Assembly: GCF_009914755.1 (NCBI RefSeq)
Contig: NC_060933.1
Direction: 5' to 3' (one strand)
Source of the DNA: the human T2T-CHM13v2.0 reference genome, Homo sapiens
DNA: 64,000 nt
Shown: positions 57,540 through 64,000 of the stretch, one piece after another
Layout: each line of letters opens with the position of its first letter
Position numbering within the stretch: the stretch's first letter is position 1
Position numbers and translations under genes: made by a program
Notes under the pieces: generated by a model
What the model saw: the letters and a program-made list of their open reading frames with translations, nothing else
Database searches by the model: none
Told to the model about the DNA's origin: nothing

Positions 57540-58199
57540 GGCCCCTCCCTTCCTGCTCCTTAGAGATGAGGCCTTTCTAAAGGACTCACAACTGCCTCCA
57601 TGGTTTTGAATGTTTTAAAATGTAACTTGGCCTTGAGGGTGGATCCAGGCCTGGCTGTGGAGTGAGGTTCTGATGGATTCTGGGGCGGCAGACCTCTTGA
57701 ACCATCGAAGCGTGCAGGCTGATTTTTAAAAATAATTGTCCTTTTTAATGATGTAAAACATGTCATCTAGATTAAAAAATAAACACACTTTATTACTTTC
57801 CCAGTCTTTTCTTCCTCCCTCCCAGGGCCAGATGGGGATTGCTTGAATATTTCTGGCGTATTTCACATATTTAATAACGCCCTTGGAGGTTCTTCCAGAA
57901 CTGATAAAAATGTGGGATAGACAGTGTTCACAGAAAGGAAAGCTGGTGGTGTGTGTTCGTGTGTCGGGGTGGGGGTGGGAGATGGGGGGGGCATCTGTTT
58001 TGGAAGCAAGTCAAAAGGCATGTACTTTTTATCTTGAGCAACAAAGGACATTGTTTCACTGTCTCCCCGCCCCAACTCTTGCCTTTTGGGGGTTGGGGGA
58101 GCAGAAGGAAGAAAAGAGAGAAAAAAATCACTGCAGCTAAAAAAACTAGAGCGGCTTCAGAGAATCAGTCCTTCCCCCCTTCCCCGACAGCTTTCCACT

Positions 58200-58800
58200 A
58201 GCTCTCTTGCGCTACAGCGAATCCAAGAAAATAATTAAAGCTTTAATTTATTTATACGTCTTCTCTATAGATATTATAGATCTCACAATCGCCGCCTCCT
58301 AATTTATGCACGCAGAGCCTGCGGCAGCTCGGAGCCGCCAGGGTTGGGAGGTCCGGGCCCCTCGGAGCGGGACGGCTGTCAGCCCCCGCGGTGGCCGCAC
58401 AAAGGCTGGGGTCCCGGCGGGCGCACCTGGGTGATGGGCACCTCCCGAGACTCCCCGGGACGGAGGCCTGACAGCGCGCGGCGGCCGCCTTAATAGACTG
58501 CGGGATGTTCTCCGGGAGAAGGCTGCGCCGGTCCCCGAGGACAGATCATCAGGCAGAGTGGTCCCCGGAGCAGGATTTATTAGCAGACAGGATGGGGAAG
58601 TTGATTAGCCTCCGCGGCTGAACGGACATCCTGTCAGACAGGCCTCTTAATCCAATCACTTACCTGTGGAGGGGAGCCGGCTGCCTCCTCCTGGCCCCCT
58701 TCCTCCTCCCATGGCACCTGCGGGGCCACGCGGGGTGCTCCGGAGCCAGGGTACACAGGCCAGGCCTTCCGTGCCTGGCCTCGCTCTCTGATTCAGTCTC
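58200..58800. promoter_or_regulatory. Small CpG island / candidate enhancer-promoter
   Basis: Dense CpG (gcgcgcggcggccgc with NotI site 58481-58488), repeat-free, with MEIS/homeodomain motifs and CCAAT. Confidence 0.7.
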
Positions 58801-59867
58801 GTGGTTGATGCAACCTGCAGGCTGCTCTTTTGGGCTCACTGCCCTGGTGGTGACTCTCCCGCATAGAGACCTTACCTTCTGTGGCTCCCTCTTCCCCACT
58901 CAGGAAAATCCCCTTCCCCTCCCTGGGCTTGCCTCATTTGACCCTGAACCACCTTTCCAGCTTCAGCCTCCACTAGTCCTTCTCTTGAGTGGCCTCTCTC
59001 CATTTCCTGAACCTCTCCTGCCTGCCCCCTGCCCTTGCTTCAGGTATGGGGTCTACTTAGACTGTTCTCTCTCTCTCTCTTTTCCCCCAAATCCTTCTTG
59101 TCCTCCAGGGTCTAGCCCACAAGTCTCATCTTCCCTGATTCCATGCCCCCTCCCTCCAGGCCCAGGTAATTTCCCTCTCTTCTGAAGCTTTATCCATCTG
59201 TGGTGGGTGAGGATTCCAGGCCCAAATCCTGCTTCCACCTCACCAGCTCTGCAGCCCTGGCCAGATGACCTCACTGGCCTCCCCTTCTGGGGATGACAGC
59301 AGCAAGTTCCTCCAGGGTCTGCTGAGGACCAAATGAGAGGGTGCATGTTGAGAGCTGGCGGTAACGTCCAGCCCACAGCAGCACGCAGCGGTAGGTGATT
59401 GTTTCACCCTGGATTGGGATCATTCTGTATGGTGGGGTCTCCTTCACAGTGCTGAGTTCCATTAGGACAGGGGCCAGGCCTCACCATCTCCTCCCTCTTT
59501 CCGTCTCCCTTGCCCTAACACCAAGCACAACCCTTTCCAGATAAGATGGCTGAATGTTTGTTGAATGCATGGGGCAACCATCTGCCACACAGTGGACCAA
59601 GGATGGCGAACCCTCTCTCGGAGTGACCCCACGGGGCCCCACCTTTGGCTTACCTGACCATGGAAGAAGAAGGACTGTGAGGGACAGGGCCTCCATCTGC
59701 TTCTGTGGGGCGGGCATTGAGATGTGTGTTCTCTCCAGCTCTTGTCAAGAGTTTAGGAATTCAGACCCTATTGATCCACTGCGTCTTCAAAGCCATCTGT
59801 TATCATTAAGAAACAGGACCTGAGCCCCGGATGCAGCGGCTGGCACTGGGTAATTTAGAGCATTTTA

Positions 59868-59909
59868 CACACACACACACACACACGCACACACACAGAG
59901 AGAGAGAGA
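59868..59909. repeat. Compound (CA)n(GA)n microsatellite
   Basis: cacacacac...cagagagagagagac. Confidence 0.95.
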
Positions 59910-62900
59910 CATGGCTAAAAGAAGTTAGCTAAGGCAAACATTGAACACTTGGCAGGCAGGGAGGGAAAGAACCAGGGGACTCATAGAAACCAAAGGTTTC
60001 TACACCGCTACATTAAATTCTACTTCCTGGTCACAGATTTTCATGGTTGATTGTAATCGTCTATGGGCATTTGACTTTGGCAAATGTGGATGCCAAGGTC
60101 TCACCCAGGCCCTGCCACCTCCTACTGATGTCTGTCCCTTGCTGCTCACAACCGTCAGTCTTGACTGGGTTGATGTCAAGGTCACTGGTCCCTAGTTTGC
60201 GCCATCTTCCTTATTTTCCTTTAAAACAAACCAGAATAACATTTGCCAGACCACAGTTGTCAGGCAACTTTCCCATGCCTTGGTGTTTCTCAAAGATTTC
60301 TAGCTGTGCCTGGGTCATTTTGGTGTGGCAGAATTTACCACTGGAAGAAGATTCAGAGCAGGGGCCTGGTTAGATGCTGCTACTGATTAGACGTGTGCTT
60401 CTAGGTGGGGTGGCATGGGAGAGTGTGGGCACTTAACCGAACCTCACGGAACCTCAGTTTCTTCATCTATCATATGGGGATAATATTTGGCCCACTACTA
60501 CAAAAGGGGAGATTTAAGGGTAAGATGAGGTGCTTGATAGGAATGTGCTTTTAAAAGCACAGTACTATACAAAATTAAGGCATAACTACTATCAGGAGAT
60601 TGTGCCTAAAATATCTAATACTCTCAGTGCTAGGTGCTGGAGAAGTAAAGGTGACCAAGCCTCACTCTGCTCTCAGTGAGTTTCACAGGCTAAAGGGGGA
60701 AACGAATATGGGGACGCTAACTAAGCAACCAGCAGGATCCGTCCAACTGGACCTTGGGTCGCCCTTTCAATCCTGGAGCCCCTGTTCCCTACAGCATGTG
60801 CCATCAGAAGGGGCTCCGGCCAGCACAAGGTCAGGCAGCTGTGGCACTGCCCTTGTTCTGCTGTTTGATTCAATGGATGAGATGGAGTAAACATGGAGGC
60901 TTCTCCTTTTAGGATGGGGAGTTTATGTCTTAAGAAAAATGACAGATGCCACTGAACCTTTTTTATGACAGATTCACTGAACACTGACGTCTGTTGATTG
61001 TGTCAATAGGGAGAAAGAGGGTAGAGAGCTGAAGAAATTCCTACCCCGAGCTACCCTCTCATCCATGTATCTTTTTTTTTTTTGTCTCCAGTCCTTGCTT
61101 CGGGAATCTCTGCTCAGACCTGCAGTGCCCTCTCCAAGGGGGATCAGCTAAAATGCCTTCCATTGCATGGATCCTGAGCTCCCCCGACAGGTATGGCAGC
61201 TGGTAACTGCAGCTTCCCTACCCCTCCCCCAAAGGGGCAGGTGCACAGCTCTGATCTGGGGCTCCTAGAGGCAGAAGCACTCTTCCGGACTGTTCTGTAA
61301 GTGATTCTCACTACGACTGGGAGGAGGGAAGGGGACTGTTGTCCCAGCCTCTCCCATTCTGTGCCTCCCTCTGCCCAGTCTATGGGCACCCCTTGGGGCC
61401 CCAGAACCCTTCTTAGGTAAGCAGGAGTGCGTAGGATGCAGCACCAATGAGGAGAATAAATTTGCTCAGGTGAACATCCCCTTATTGAGGGAAGGTCCTT
61501 ACGTTTTCAAGATGATTATGGCATTAGAGCTCAGAGTGCAAGCGCATATATCTCAACACAGATGAGCTACAGGGCCCCGATTCCTCTGCCTGTTAGGGGC
61601 TGACCTCTTGGGATAAAGCAAGGGGCCGTGACTCAGATCTGAGGAGAATAAACTGGTATTTGGCTGAAATCACTGAATTGACTGAGACTAGGGGCCTGGC
61701 CCCAGGGCATTCTGGGGTCGAGAAGTGGCCCCGTATAGACCTGGGACTATGGGGCTCTGTGGTTCTCCCAGGCAGAGTCCCCAGTCCCCATAAACTGCGG
61801 CCTGTGCTACCCCATGCTCCTCCCCACCGCTGTCCAGAACCCCCATGCCTGCTCACACCCTTGAGCGCAGACAGAAGAGGACCCCGTGGTTCCTAGTGGG
61901 AGGGGTGGGTAGAATGAGCAGTGCTCTGGCCCGCACAGTCGCCTGATGCTGGCTGCCTGTGCTCAGCAGCCTGGCAGGTGGGAGGAGGGAGACAGCTGGT
62001 TGGGGTTTTGGGAACAGGGACCATGTTTTAATAATCTCCATATCCCCAGCACAGAGTGGGTGCTAGAAAATGTATTGTTGAATCAAAGGATAGTTGAGTA
62101 GGGGGCCTGCAGATGGCAAGGCGGGACAGGGCCCTGCAGCCTGAAGAAACTGCATGAGCAAACGCTGGAGGTGGTCACAGTGCCAGGTAAGGCTGAAGGG
62201 GGAGTGGCAGAGAACTCACAGCTGGAGGGATGTACAGGGCTGCCCACTTCAACCCCTCCACCTCTCTCAGAATGCTGAGCTCATTCTAGAGCCCCAGCAG
62301 CAGCCTTCCTGGAGATAATCCAGCTGCACTTGAAGTCTCTGGAGACATGGAGCTCATTCTTCCCTTGACATTGCTTTGTATCTTGGGCGTCTCTGATGGA
62401 TACAAAATGAACTTCTTTCTTAAATGAAGTGGGCATTGATTCTTTTTGGAGCACCTACTGCTCCTCAAGCTGCCTGCTTCTTTGGTGCTACATTGCCCAG
62501 GGCCTTCAGTGCCAGGCCAAGGAGTTTCATCTTTCTTCTGCGTGCAGAGGGAGCCCTGGGCAGCCTCTGAGCAGGAGGACCATGAACGGGTGGAGCTCTG
62601 CTTAGGAAGGTGACTCTGCTGGCCCATCTGGGGCTGGAGTCCTAGAGGCAATACAGCCTGAAGTCTGTGTTTCTGCACCTAATCACACTCATTGCTTGAA
62701 TTTATGGACCTGAGGTCAGAAAACCAGTGACAACTATTTCTGTTGCCTGACAAGCAAATCCAGGGCTTGTGACCCTGGGTATGGGCTGGGAGGAGGCACA
62801 TGTAAAAGTTTGTATCTTAGGGTCAGCCAGGTCTAGGTATCTTGGAAGCCAGTGCCTCCCAAACTCCCTTGCCCCTCTGGAGTCTGTCTGCAGAACCAGA

Positions 62901-64000
62901 TGGTAGGCAGGTGTGGGCACCTAGGGTCTTGGGGTGAAGGGAGGCTCTAGCTCTCCTCTGGCCCTGACAAAGCTGATGGCCATTGTGAGGACTGGCATTC
63001 AGTGAGAGAGGCACTCAGCCCTCCACCCTGAGGTCAAGGCTTGCACTAAGGTGGGCCCATAGCACCTTCACCCACCCCAGGAGCCCCACTGACCTTTGCA
63101 TTCTCCAAAAAAAGTCAAGGTGATGACAAGACACATCTATCGCATCTCAGCCATCATTGCAGTTGAAAGATGGGCCCGGAGCAGGTGGACTGCTTCAATT
63201 ATGATGGATGAGGACGGTGACAGCTCTCGGGAGAGCCGCGGGAACCTGGCAAGTGCTCACTCAGCTATGACTCCTCTGGTAGCAATTTGACAAGATCAGA
63301 GCACTTTATGGAAGTGGAAAGTTTGGGGACCTCGGGGTTTGCTTGGCCCGGGGACTCTGGCTGCGGAAGCCCTCTGCCAGCAACACAGGGCGCTTCCTAC
63401 AAGGGCCAGCGAGGGGGAGGCAGGAGCAGCCCTTGGGGAGGGGCTCTGCCTCAGGAGATCTCCTGGCCCTGGGACCAAGCCTGTGACGTGCCTGCTTGAG
63501 TCTCTTTCCTGCCACTGAGAACGGCCCCCTGCTACCAACCAGGTGACATCATGGCTCCAGCCACAACCTCACAGGACAGCTGGGCATCTCCTCTGAGCCA
63601 GGCCCTGTGCAGAGCACTGAGAGAGAGTGGTGAACACCTCTGAGGTCACTTCCTGTCCTCAGGGCATTCTCCCTGTAGATTCCAAGGGGACTGGACAGCC
63701 CCATCTGTGGTCAGATGTGACACTGGGCATGTCACCTCTTCTCTCTGAGCTTTGGTTGGGTCATTTCTTTATGAGGATGGCGGTTGTGTATTAAGTGAGG
63801 TAAGCTATGAGGAGCACTCAGCTTATCAAAGGTGGTATTCAATAAATGTTAGATTTCCTTCCTGACCAATTCAGCTGTCCTTTGGTACATTTCTTTATTT
63901 ATTCAGCAAATTTGGCAGAGCCCTTCTTGTGTGCCAAGCACTGGGCTTGGCTTCTGGGAATTAGATGCGGTTGTAGAAGAGGGGCTGACAGCTTTATCTG

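Overview
Primate (almost certainly human-like) non-coding genomic DNA. I see no protein-coding gene, tRNA, rRNA or CRISPR array. The ORF track is explained by Alu, L1, LTR and low-complexity read-through, or by chance. About half of the window is a layered fossil record of transposable elements: about 25 Alu/FLAM pieces, old L1 fragments, L2/MIR/CR1, a full-length two-LTR MaLR (MSTA/THE1-like) with target-site duplications (TSDs), solo LTRs (MLT2A, THE1, MLT1, MER57) and DNA-transposon relics (MER58A, MER94, Tigger4a, MER81, MER91, MER104, a pogo/Tc2 transposase remnant). The left part is AT/L1-rich and the right part is more GC-rich. The best functional candidates are repeat-free blocks that look like developmental cis-regulatory elements: ~32.4-33.3 kb (PBX-HOX, MEIS and SOX motifs) and a small CpG island at ~58.2-58.8 kb (three MEIS sites, a homeodomain palindrome, a DUX/OTX-type motif and a perfect minus-strand splice donor). 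I find no evidence of a novel protein-based system. Repeat subfamily names are recalled from consensus sequences and need RepeatMasker/Dfam confirmation. Repeat boundaries without a stated TSD are approximate.
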